Shown here: positions 63,988 through 64,000 of the stretch, one piece after another
Position numbering within the stretch: position 1 is the stretch's first letter
Layout: each line of letters opens with the position of its first letter
DNA from: Octopus sinensis
Taxonomy: Eukaryota
Direction of reading: 5' to 3'
Length of the DNA stretch: 64,000 bases
Assembly (NCBI RefSeq): GCF_006345805.1
Contig: NC_043003.1
Span: 64,294,001-64,358,000, forward strand
Position numbers and translations under genes: made by a program
The notes under the pieces: generated by a model
What the model was told of the DNA's origin: nothing
The model's input: the letters and a program-made list of their open reading frames with translations, nothing else
Database searches by the model: none

Positions 63988-64000
63988 TATATATATATGC

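Overview
AT-rich, repeat-dense eukaryotic DNA. The SINE/LINE families look like those of an octopod cephalopod (inference from recalled repeat sequences, not from a search). The only well-supported gene is on the + strand: eight GT-AG exons (350-478, 8422-8553, 16506-16566, 23224-23345, 40712-40837, 49445-49603, 51643-51774, 58015-58140) with fully compatible phases. They splice into about 329 stop-free codons that are colinear with the N-terminal armadillo-repeat region of TERB1 (CCDC79, meiotic telomere bouquet protein). The start codon lies upstream of the window and the C-terminal exons are not securely identified. The introns hold tRNA-derived SINEs, RTE, CR1/L2 and Penelope-like relics, Helitrons, several MITEs (hAT, Tc1, Tc2/pogo, Ginger-like) and satellites. 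Most notable extras: (i) four Penelope-type minimal hammerhead motifs, all sense to the pre-mRNA, one with an intact catalytic core at about 56800-56840; (ii) a tRNA-headed SINE carrying such a hammerhead; (iii) an internally deleted Helitron whose Rep and helicase relics are fused in frame; (iv) RTE 3' tails that repeatedly generate minisatellites, one with a 7x26-bp higher-order repeat. Most ORFs in the supplied track are repeat artefacts. TE boundaries are approximate unless termini or TSDs are quoted.
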